Notes under the pieces: generated by a model | Databases searched by the model: none | Seen by the model: only the letters and a program-made list of their open reading frames with translations | Told to the model about the DNA's origin: nothing | IMG/VR virus record: IMGVR_UViG_3300028591_000191 | Location: 7,189-71,188 of that record | DNA length: 64,000 bases | From: a virus | Lineage: Duplodnaviria; Caudoviricetes | Direction: 5' to 3' (one strand) | In this document: piece after piece, positions 57,160 through 64,000 of the stretch | Numbering within the stretch: the first letter of the stretch is position 1 | Layout: every line of letters begins with the position of its first letter | Made by a program: the position numbers and the translations under genes

Positions 57160-57861
57160 TTACATAGATTCTACGTAAGCGATGAACATTTTCTTTAGTG
57201 TGTCTTCGCAGATTCTACCACAAGGCAGTTCTAGATCATGGCCACGTTTACCACACATTATTATAGCGCCTGTTGTCTGGGCCCTTTCATCGGTCTCATC
57301 CCATTCTGCAAGCATATTGTTACAGAAGTTCAGCTCATCGGTGAGCTGCTCATCGATGCGTACATTTCTGGCACCAGCAACCTCAAGGTTATCCATAATC
57401 AGATCAGCATCTTTGTGTTTGCACACAATTCTACCTCTCATGGTGCGCATTTGTGCAGCGTGTACAGTGAGACCCATGTGTTCACGAAGAGCCTTGATAA
57501 CACGAGTACCGTTGTTGTCCGCATCGAAAGTGATTACTACATCCGATTCGTCTTCTACAGGACAATCCTCCTCTTCTTCAGGATGCTTCTTCGGTATGTC
57601 CAACTGTCTAACAGCTGACATAAATGTGTTTGCAGCCACATCAACCTCACGTACTTGAGCGTTACCTATAAGAGGACCAAAAGTCTTAGATATTGTAACG
57701 CCGGTTGTTTCAACGGCCCAATCTACATGTAAATCCTTAGCGATGTTAGTAATCGTTCTTTCTAAGCCTTTACACTCGAGCTTTTCTTGCTCACTTGGGG
57801 TTACTGGCATGAGGATATATACGACAATACCCTCAGCTGTCATTTGAAATTTTCTTTCCAT
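57160..57861 (-). CDS. Hypothetical protein (~233 aa)
   Basis: Likely start MERKFQ at 57861, preceded by TATCAAACAAAA. Confidence 0.75.
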   Translation of the reverse strand: MERKFQMTAEGIVVYILMPVTPSEQEKLECKGLERTITNIAKDLHVDWAVETTGVTISKTFGPLIGNAQVREVDVAANTFMSAVRQLDIPKKHPEEEEDCPVEDESDVVITFDADNNGTRVIKALREHMGLTVHAAQMRTMRGRIVCKHKDADLIMDNLEVAGARNVRIDEQLTDELNFCNNMLAEWDETDERAQTTGAIIMCGKRGHDLELPCGRICEDTLKKMFIAYVESM

Positions 57862-57911
57862 TTTTGTTTGATACAATTTTATGGATTTATTTACACGCCT
57901 AGGACTGCCCC

Positions 57912-58118
57912 CTAGGACTTGGGCTTAATTTCTTTTAGGTAACAAAGATGCGGAAGCAGATTTGGAACTCTATCTATACACTCGTCACATGGATATTCAT
58001 TACATTCTTTAAATCTAAATGCACAGAATATACAAGAACCAATGTGATTATGGAGTTTTGTAACTCTATACCGTTTACCTTCTATTGTTACACACTGACC
58101 AGCTTTCCATCTACTCAT
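57912..58118 (-). CDS. Small Cys-rich protein, paralog 2 (68 aa), TAG stop
   Basis: MSRWKAGQCVTIEGKRYRV..CIFC..C..C..C..CYLK. Confidence 0.7.
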   Translation of the reverse strand: MSRWKAGQCVTIEGKRYRVTKLHNHIGSCIFCAFRFKECNEYPCDECIDRVPNLLPHLCYLKEIKPKS

Positions 58119-58297
58119 TGTGATACGCGTTTGAGATAACAATTATTTGGTAAAAGATATCGGCTACGATAAGGCCATGCACAATATTGTAGTTTTTTCT
58201 CATTAAGAGCACATTGTCCACAAATATCAGCAGAATCGGTACGTTTTACGCGATATACAATACCTTTGATTGTTACCAAATTACCTGGTTTCCACAT
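58115..58297 (-). CDS. Small Cys-rich protein, paralog 3 (60 aa)
   Basis: MWKPGNLVTIKGIVYRV..CGQC..C..CYLK. Confidence 0.7.
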   Translation of the reverse strand: MWKPGNLVTIKGIVYRVKRTDSADICGQCALNEKKLQYCAWPYRSRYLLPNNCYLKRVSQ

Positions 58298-58299
58298 AA

Positions 58300-58611
58300 T
58301 TACTTAAATTGAGTTACACCACCACTGCTATCATAAGGTTTGATTGGTAATTCCCGCCAGAACTTCTGATATACCTTATCAATATTCTCACAGGGTTCAC
58401 CATATTTGCGTTTGAGAGCGTCTGCGAGAATACTCTTTAAAGAACTTTCAGGCTCATTATCAATATCAAGCCATATTTCTTTTGTACTTCGCAGACTGTC
58501 TGATTTAACAGCAAATACAGTATATATGATAGCACTGACACGTCCATTACTGAGAATAACGGGCAATGTTTTACCAATGCGTTGTTTAAATTCTATTTCA
58601 ATAATGTTCAT
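58300..58611 (-). CDS. Hypothetical protein (103 aa)
   Basis: Clean ORF. Confidence 0.7.
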   Translation of the reverse strand: MNIIEIEFKQRIGKTLPVILSNGRVSAIIYTVFAVKSDSLRSTKEIWLDIDNEPESSLKSILADALKRKYGEPCENIDKVYQKFWRELPIKPYDSSGGVTQFK

Positions 58612-58612
58612 A

Positions 58613-58750
58613 TCAATAATCTCTTAAGAAAATCATTGGAAGACCCAATTTCACATAGCAGTATGCTGCGATTATCACTAGCATCAATAACAATACACAG
58701 ATGAAAAATGCAAGACATCCGTGTTTGTTGACAAAATCTTGCTTTTTCAT
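58613..58750 (-). CDS. Small single-TM protein (45 aa, not in ORF track)
   Basis: MKKQDFVNKHGCLAFFICVLLLMLVIIAAYCYVKLGLPMIFLRDY*; ATGA overlap. Confidence 0.6.
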   Translation of the reverse strand: MKKQDFVNKHGCLAFFICVLLLMLVIIAAYCYVKLGLPMIFLRDY

Positions 58751-58908
58751 AGATGTTGAATTTGTAATACAACAGAACAGAACCATATGAATACAAAAAC
58801 ACCTATAACAGCAAGTATTGCCAGAATTGTTGCAATGGTATATTCAACCCAGTCTGGAGTCATACGCTTGCGTTTGTTACCAACGAATCCAAATCGTTTC
58901 ATAACCAT
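58747..58908 (-). CDS. Small single-TM protein (53 aa, not in ORF track)
   Basis: MVMKRFGFVGNKRKRMTPDWVEYTIATILAILAVIGVFVFIWFCSVVLQIQHL*. Confidence 0.6.
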   Translation of the reverse strand: MVMKRFGFVGNKRKRMTPDWVEYTIATILAILAVIGVFVFIWFCSVVLQIQHL

Positions 58909-58913
58909 GCTGT

Positions 58914-59210
58914 TTACATAGAAATTTGAGCTAGTTCCTTCATAATACCACGTGGAATGGTATATTCAGGATGATTACGTAGAACACCGAAGTAGTACTT
59001 GCTATCTGGGCCTTTGCAAGCTTCAATAGCATCGCGCATCGCTGTACCATTGTGATTGGTTACAGCCAGGAGAAGTTCATCGCTTTTAACAGCGTCACCA
59101 TGCTCTTTCTTGTACAGCTGTACACGAACACATGGAACTCCCTTCTCTTTGAGAACATTTTCAACCTCAGACACTAGTTTAGCGTCTTTTGTTACAAGTT
59201 TTTTACTCAT
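58914..59210 (-). CDS. Hypothetical protein (98 aa)
   Basis: Clean ORF starting 25 nt after the predicted hammerhead cleavage site. Confidence 0.75.
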   Translation of the reverse strand: MSKKLVTKDAKLVSEVENVLKEKGVPCVRVQLYKKEHGDAVKSDELLLAVTNHNGTAMRDAIEACKGPDSKYYFGVLRNHPEYTIPRGIMKELAQISM

Positions 59211-59229
59211 TTGATAAAAGTTTAAAATT

Positions 59230-59287
59230 AATACCGACCATCGTCACCTAGGTTTCGTCTTAATCTTCCAAGACTCATCAGGGTATT
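59230..59287 (-). ncRNA. Hammerhead ribozyme, type I
   Basis: AATACC CTGATGA GTCTT-GGAAGATT-AAGAC GAA ACC-(11 nt)-GGT C GGTATT: complete core, three stems, GUC cleavage triplet. Confidence 0.85.
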
Positions 59288-59322
59288 TTAATGGAGGTGA
59301 GAATAATCTCACCCCCACTGGT

Positions 59323-59604
59323 TTATTTGTGTTCAAGTTGTTCCTGAACTTTTGGCAAATATTGGCGATATTCTTTGCCAGTTTTAGCTGATTTACGGAT
59401 AATAAAATATTTTCCGTTACCAGAGATGTAGATAGGATATTTAGTCCCATCACTTGCCACATATGTATATGGCGTAGTCATAAAGGCCTCTTTTGCTTTT
59501 TTCTTAGAGGTCTGCGTAAATGTGTTGCCATTTCTGACAACATCTTGTGCGTATACTGCACTACCTAATAATGCTAAGCATACAATTAAAAATAGCTTTT
59601 TCAT
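59323..59604 (-). CDS. Secreted/periplasmic protein with signal peptide (93 aa)
   Basis: MKKLFLIVCLALLGSAVYA|QD, a Sec-type signal peptide with an AxA site. Confidence 0.8.
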   Translation of the reverse strand: MKKLFLIVCLALLGSAVYAQDVVRNGNTFTQTSKKKAKEAFMTTPYTYVASDGTKYPIYISGNGKYFIIRKSAKTGKEYRQYLPKVQEQLEHK

Positions 59605-60502
59605 ATGTCAATTTGAATTGATTTCAAATGAAGCACTGCTATTTTCACAAACCACAGTGCTGAGGCTTAATATTAACTTTTTAATTTTAAAGATTATGTC
59701 TATGCCCTCTGGCATATAGATTGATACTATATGAGTGAAACGAATGTTCATAGAAAAGTAGAGAGGTCGTCACCGCTGTGACTGAAACGAATACGAATAA
59801 TATCAACAACTCATTAAATAAGTACGTAAATTAATAAACCTCTCTAATGGTAAAACCCCACGGTCTTCTCAGATGGTGGGTAAAATTTCAAAAATATTAC
59901 ACCACTGTGTATGCCTATAATCAAAAGCAAATTTATATGAATAATAATAGACTTTCAATGAAAAAGGGGATATGGTTTACCAATTTAGCACCTACCCTCC
60001 GTAGAATGCGTATTGATAAGACCAGTATCCCCATAGTTTTACGTCTTTCTCAAGGACGGCCGTTTTCATGTACACAATTGATACCCACTAGTACATATCA
60101 ACTGTTACACCATCTGTCTCTATTGAGAATTTCTCCTGCACGTTATGCGAAACGTATCATTGGTTTACGGTCAACCAAATAGGGAGATGTTTCGACTGAT
60201 GAGTAATTTGTGAGTATTGTCTGAGTCAACTCACTTGCGGTCTCTCAACGTACACACCGCTTTGGCTATCCCACTTAATTTGGGCTTAACGACTTAAGCG
60301 AGCCGTTTTTGGTGAGCCTAGCTTTTCATCTCACCTGGAGGACTTCTTGCAGATCTCCTCTTTAACTGCCTTATGCCGAAGCAGCTTATGGTAGCAGTAT
60401 ACCAGAGCGTTTCAGTTTATCTTACGCACAACTTGATTGATTTCCGTCTTTCAGCAGATTCTCAGACGCCCTCTTTCACAATCATGTGGCCTGCTTATTT
60501 TT

Positions 60503-60557
60503 AACTGTTTCGTCTTAATTTTCAAAGACTCATCGGATGCCTAAAGGCATGACAGCT
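60503..60557 (-). ncRNA. Hammerhead ribozyme, type III (U4C core variant)
   Basis: AGCTGT C ATGCC-TTTA-GGCAT CCGATGA GTCTT-TGAAAATT-AAGAC GAA ACAGTT. Confidence 0.8.
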
Positions 60558-60618
60558 TAAATAATTTAAATACACCTATTCTCACGAACCAGTGTATTTT
60601 AAAGAACATGTTTAATGT

Positions 60619-60867
60619 CTAGAATTGGATGGACTGAATGTTCCCGTTGTTATACGGACCTGAAACAGACTTATTACCCTGATCATCGATAACAAGTTTA
60701 CCAATCCAATGTCCATTACGGAATACATTTCCTTCTGTAACAATCACTTTCCTTCCTAAGAAGGTGTAATTAGACCTGCCTGTGGCATTGGCACGTCTAT
60801 CATGTGAAACTCTTACGTGTGCCCCATCTGATGAGGCAACAGCGTTTAGTGCAAATCTCTTTCTCAT
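60619..60867 (-). CDS. Hypothetical protein (82 aa), TAG stop
   Basis: Clean ORF. Confidence 0.65.
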   Translation of the reverse strand: MRKRFALNAVASSDGAHVRVSHDRRANATGRSNYTFLGRKVIVTEGNVFRNGHWIGKLVIDDQGNKSVSGPYNNGNIQSIQF

Positions 60868-60868
60868 G

Positions 60869-60949
60869 TCAATACCATATTTCAGGGTTAGGACTAGGAT
60901 TTACACACTCTTGCTCTGTACATACAGGCCATTCTTCAGTTGTTTCCAT
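60869..60949 (-). CDS. Possible 26-aa peptide
   Basis: METTEEWPVCTEQECVNPSPNPEIWY*; A-rich leader, ends 1 nt before the next ATG. Confidence 0.4.
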   Translation of the reverse strand: METTEEWPVCTEQECVNPSPNPEIWY

Positions 60950-61016
60950 ACGCAATTATTTTTTAATGAATTGATTTCAAATGAGGGCCTCATCTTTACA
61001 GCGTGAGGAGTCTGTG

Positions 61017-61160
61017 TTAGTATTCCTGAAATGGAGTAATAATCCAATTATCTAAATATTCACCTAAATATTCTTGAACTTCATCTTCTGGTACATAACG
61101 TAGTTTACGCTCTATCCAATTAAGAATTGTGTCCAATGAATAAACAGGCCAAGGTCTCAT
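61017..61160 (-). CDS. Small protein (47 aa, not in ORF track)
   Basis: MRPWPVYSLDTILNWIERKLRYVPEDEVQEYLGEYLDNWIITPFQEY*. Confidence 0.55.
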   Translation of the reverse strand: MRPWPVYSLDTILNWIERKLRYVPEDEVQEYLGEYLDNWIITPFQEY

Positions 61161-61179
61161 TGGTACAAATACTATAAAA

Positions 61180-61290
61180 CTATTCATACTCTACAGGAAT
61201 ATTAATGACTTTCTTGTGACCTGGCCATCGAGTCACTTCACGTACATAGGTTTTACCAGCGATGGTTCTGGCTTCTTTATCATACCACAT
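61180..61290 (-). CDS. Small protein (36 aa, not in ORF track), TAG stop
   Basis: MWYDKEARTIAGKTYVREVTRWPGHKKVINIPVEYE*; preceded by the TTATCAAAA leader motif. Confidence 0.55.
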   Translation of the reverse strand: MWYDKEARTIAGKTYVREVTRWPGHKKVINIPVEYE

Positions 61291-61437
61291 ATATTTTGAT
61301 AATTAAGTGAATAATCAAAGAAAACACACGATATTCACATATGGTGTGTGTTTGAGACACGCTTGTCTCGTGAAGATTCTTCCATTTCCTCTAACTGATG
61401 TCTGTGGTTATTGTTAAAAATGACGAATACTTTCTAA

Positions 61438-61483
61438 ACAAAAAGCGGGAGAGTTGCTGAGTACAGACCAGCATCGCTCTCCC
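61438..61483 (-). terminator. Putative intrinsic terminator
   Basis: GGGAGAG/CTCTCCC stem with an inner TGCTG/CAGCA helix, followed by GCTTTTTTG on the - strand. Confidence 0.45.
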
Positions 61484-62005
61484 TTTGCACATAGTTTGCT
61501 CCTAGTGACTAACCACGTTGTTTTATCGTCTTGCAAACTAGACTAGCATACACAGGCAGCAAGAGGTGGATCTCAACCAGTACGAGCAAATGTAAACGCA
61601 TCGTGTCCACGGTCACTGTAACTATACTCAACCTTGCATTTCACACATCTACACTGGTCTTTCAGTGTTGACCAAGATGTGTTTAGCCCAATAATACACC
61701 ATTTTCGGTCGTGAGGGTCGTATCCGGCTTTACGGGCGGCCTTTGCCTTGAAAATGATGTATTAGTGTGTGCAATTTAGTTTAACTCCAGGGTGTACAAC
61801 GGTCAAATCATACACCCTATCAATGTTACATAAAAGCAATTTGATAAAATGTTTGATGCCAATTCAGTACGGACAATTGGCTGCCCATAATGATTTGATG
61901 TACATAGAATTTGGATAGTATGCAACATGGAGTACACGTACTCTAACACCCATATATAAATATGGCTAGTAGCAGTTAACTATCACTGTTTTAAAGAGTT
62001 AAACA

Positions 62006-62064
62006 ATACTGTTTCGTCGTAATCTGCCACGACTCATCAGGGGACATCTACATCCCGACAGTAT
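62006..62064 (-). ncRNA. Hammerhead ribozyme, type III
   Basis: ATACTGT C GGGA-TGTAGATG-TCCC CTGATGA GTCGT-GGCAGATT-ACGAC GAA ACAGTAT. Confidence 0.88.
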
Positions 62065-62097
62065 GAGCAGTTTAAAGTCTTGCTCAGGACCAATGGA

Positions 62098-62421
62098 TCA
62101 CTCGGCATCCTCCTCTTGTGGCGTAGGAGTTTTCTCTGCGTGCTTCTCTTCTGCCTCTTCCTCATCGATAACCTTTAACTCATCATCAAATGCTGATGTC
62201 TGAGTTGAAGAATACTCACGAGTGAACACACGAAGAATAGCTTTCATGAGTTTTAAATCATCATCAGAGATGTATTTCTTCTCTTTAGCCTCAGGCTTAT
62301 GAGAGTTTAACACATCATCAACACGATTCTTTAACTCAAACATCTGTCGCATCTCACGATTGTTAATGTTACGTATGTCAGTAGACATGACACAAAAATC
62401 GCTGTTTAACTTGATTTCCAT
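62098..62421 (-). CDS. Hypothetical protein (107 aa), acidic tail
   Basis: Clean ORF. Confidence 0.75.
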   Translation of the reverse strand: MEIKLNSDFCVMSTDIRNINNREMRQMFELKNRVDDVLNSHKPEAKEKKYISDDDLKLMKAILRVFTREYSSTQTSAFDDELKVIDEEEAEEKHAEKTPTPQEEDAE

Positions 62422-62507
62422 AAAGCTTGCAATTTATATTGTTAATACTAATAAGCAAGATTATTTGTCCACTTTGGTTATCTAATGTGTTGTTTTGTTT
62501 TTGAAGC

Positions 62508-62539
62508 AAAAAAGTGTGAGGGCACGATTGTGCCCCCAC
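62508..62539 (-). terminator. Intrinsic terminator
   Basis: GTGGGGGCAC-AATC-GTGCCCTCAC followed by ACTTTTTT on the - strand. Confidence 0.7.
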
Positions 62540-62554
62540 GATGCAATGTGCGGA

Positions 62555-63160
62555 TTAGACTGCTGGTGCACCTGAAGCGCTATTTATTAATGGCGTTTCT
62601 GGGTTGCCTGGTAGTACTACACCTGCTGAACCACCGTCAAACTTGGACAGTGGTGCGTACAGGTTGTTCCAAATGCCAGATGCCTGCTCCTGAGGTGACC
62701 AGCCCTTAGCATAGCGACGTTCGCCAGTTTCGTTGTCCGTAGTCTTCTTGGTGAGCACCATAATACTTGTCGTAGTATAGTACTGGCCGTTCTTCGGATT
62801 AACTGCTGGTTCGTCACTGCCGTCCTTGAGACGCACGTAGGGAACACCGCCTGGAGTTGGGACTTGCTCAAACTGTCCGCCTGTGAACACGAGAAGATTC
62901 TCGGGAATAGGCTTGGTGGCGTCCTTCAACTGTGATGGGTTCCAAATCTGTCTGCCGAACTGGTCCTGACCGCCAGCAACAGAGGGAACGAGGTATTGTT
63001 CGAACTTCTTGACCAGTCGTTCGTTGAACGTGGTCAAAGAGCCTGGCTCCTCATACTCATCATCGGGGTTAACTACTGTGGCCTGAATGAACAGACTACC
63101 TGCGTTGGGTTTACCTTCCGCAACTTTGCGCAACTTAATGTCTTCAAGATTGTACTTCAT
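62555..63160 (-). CDS. Hypothetical protein (~201 aa)
   Basis: Likely start MKYNLED at 63160 within track ORF 62555-63310. Confidence 0.75.
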   Translation of the reverse strand: MKYNLEDIKLRKVAEGKPNAGSLFIQATVVNPDDEYEEPGSLTTFNERLVKKFEQYLVPSVAGGQDQFGRQIWNPSQLKDATKPIPENLLVFTGGQFEQVPTPGGVPYVRLKDGSDEPAVNPKNGQYYTTTSIMVLTKKTTDNETGERRYAKGWSPQEQASGIWNNLYAPLSKFDGGSAGVVLPGNPETPLINSASGAPAV

Positions 63161-63318
63161 ATTAAAAACGTTTTTAAGTGGAACAATGTTTATGCATTTT
63201 ACTGCAATCAATAATAAAAGGCTTATTCGATTTCCGCGCAATTGCACAAGAAACAGATGAGGATTATTCAGTTTGTGTACCTGCAATGCCATATTCGACA
63301 GTCCAAGCAAAAAGGGCT

Positions 63319-63504
63319 TTATTGCCCTTTTGCTACGACGACAACGTTGTCGATGAATGTGATTCGCTGGAAGCGCTTGTTGAGCGCCTTTTTACAGCGT
63401 AGCGCTGCTGCGAAGCATTCCTCTGGTGTTGCGTACTCTGGAGACATCTTCCATACATTGGAGGTAGTCTCGATGCTGAACTGGTAAGTCATTGTTGTTT
63501 CCAT
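63319..63504 (-). CDS. Hypothetical protein (61 aa)
   Basis: Clean short ORF. Confidence 0.6.
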   Translation of the reverse strand: METTMTYQFSIETTSNVWKMSPEYATPEECFAAALRCKKALNKRFQRITFIDNVVVVAKGQ

Positions 63505-63659
63505 AATCCTTATCTGTTAAGTTGTGCAATATTGCACTGGACAGTAGTAGGCTTATTCGAATTGAGTGGCGGGGGGTGGTTGGACTTGCAGTTTGCATAG
63601 GGGGAGCCGTTGGTGTGTCCTTTCACTTTCTCCACGCACAAAATAAAAAATTTTAAAAA

Positions 63660-63700
63660 ATAAAAAAAATTCCGAAGATACCGTTTTAGTATCCCCGGAA
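63660..63700 (-). terminator. Putative intrinsic terminator
   Basis: TTCCG..GATAC/GTATC..CGGAA stem followed by a T8 run on the - strand. Confidence 0.55.
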
Positions 63701-63704
63701 CTTA

Positions 63705-63905
63705 TTACTTTAGTATACTTACTAATCTATCTATCTTCTCTTTATCCCCAATAGGCTCTAGTATGTGCTTCCAGTCATGATCTTCCCACTTCTCGTCTGT
63801 GTTGTATCTACTGAGTATCTCTTGTTTTACTTCCTCAGTAAACTCATCGTTGTCTGCAGATGTTATACTTGCAAATACGAAATATTTTAAGCTTTCTTCA
63901 CTCAT
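63705..63905 (-). CDS. Hypothetical protein (66 aa)
   Basis: Clean short acidic ORF. Confidence 0.6.
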   Translation of the reverse strand: MSEESLKYFVFASITSADNDEFTEEVKQEILSRYNTDEKWEDHDWKHILEPIGDKEKIDRLVSILK

Positions 63906-64000
63906 CTTTTAATATTTTAGATATTTTTATAAACGCTACCATAAACGCAAATATTGCAAGTGCACTAAATACAGCCCCTATTATTTGTTCTTGTTCCACG

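Noticed and set aside
60186-60240. CTGATGAG on the + strand as a fourth canonical hammerhead
   Set aside because: No GAAA follows stem II on that strand; the nearby GAAAC is on the opposite strand.
60245-60310. Twister or pistol ribozyme (TTAAGCCC segment)
   Set aside because: It folds as a simple three-way junction, and I could not place the required pseudoknots or conserved cleavage-site nucleotides.
1-64000. CRISPR array, integrase, transposase, rRNA
   Set aside because: No regularly spaced repeat-spacer array or diagnostic motifs were seen.

Overview
About 64 kb of a crAss-like (Crassvirales) Bacteroidota phage genome in two convergent blocks. The + strand block (1-31370) is the late virion module: an IHF-like protein, tail ring and muzzle proteins, cargo proteins, a ~5088-aa virion RNA polymerase polyprotein and a ~2234-aa virion protein with an ADP-ribosyltransferase-like domain. 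It is readable only if TAG is a sense codon (Gln, code 15): the dozens of ORF fragments in the track join into 7 genes that end in TAA or TGA. The - strand block (31464-64000) reads in the standard code. It holds a replication module (PolB, DnaB, primase, SSB, Sak4-like ATPase, nucleases) whose genes neither contain nor end in TAG, then putative early genes, at least 8 of which end in TAG. This half is unusually rich in non-coding RNA: tRNA-Gln(UUG), tRNA-Ile2(CAU), a compact circularly permuted tmRNA (tag GNYNIADYTGLKEAA*), three complete hammerhead ribozymes plus one variant candidate, several tRNA-like or T-loop elements, and a 2.2-kb hairpin-dense region without genes. No amber suppressor tRNA is visible in the window. 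All family assignments are motif recognition by eye and all counts are hand counts; no searches were run.
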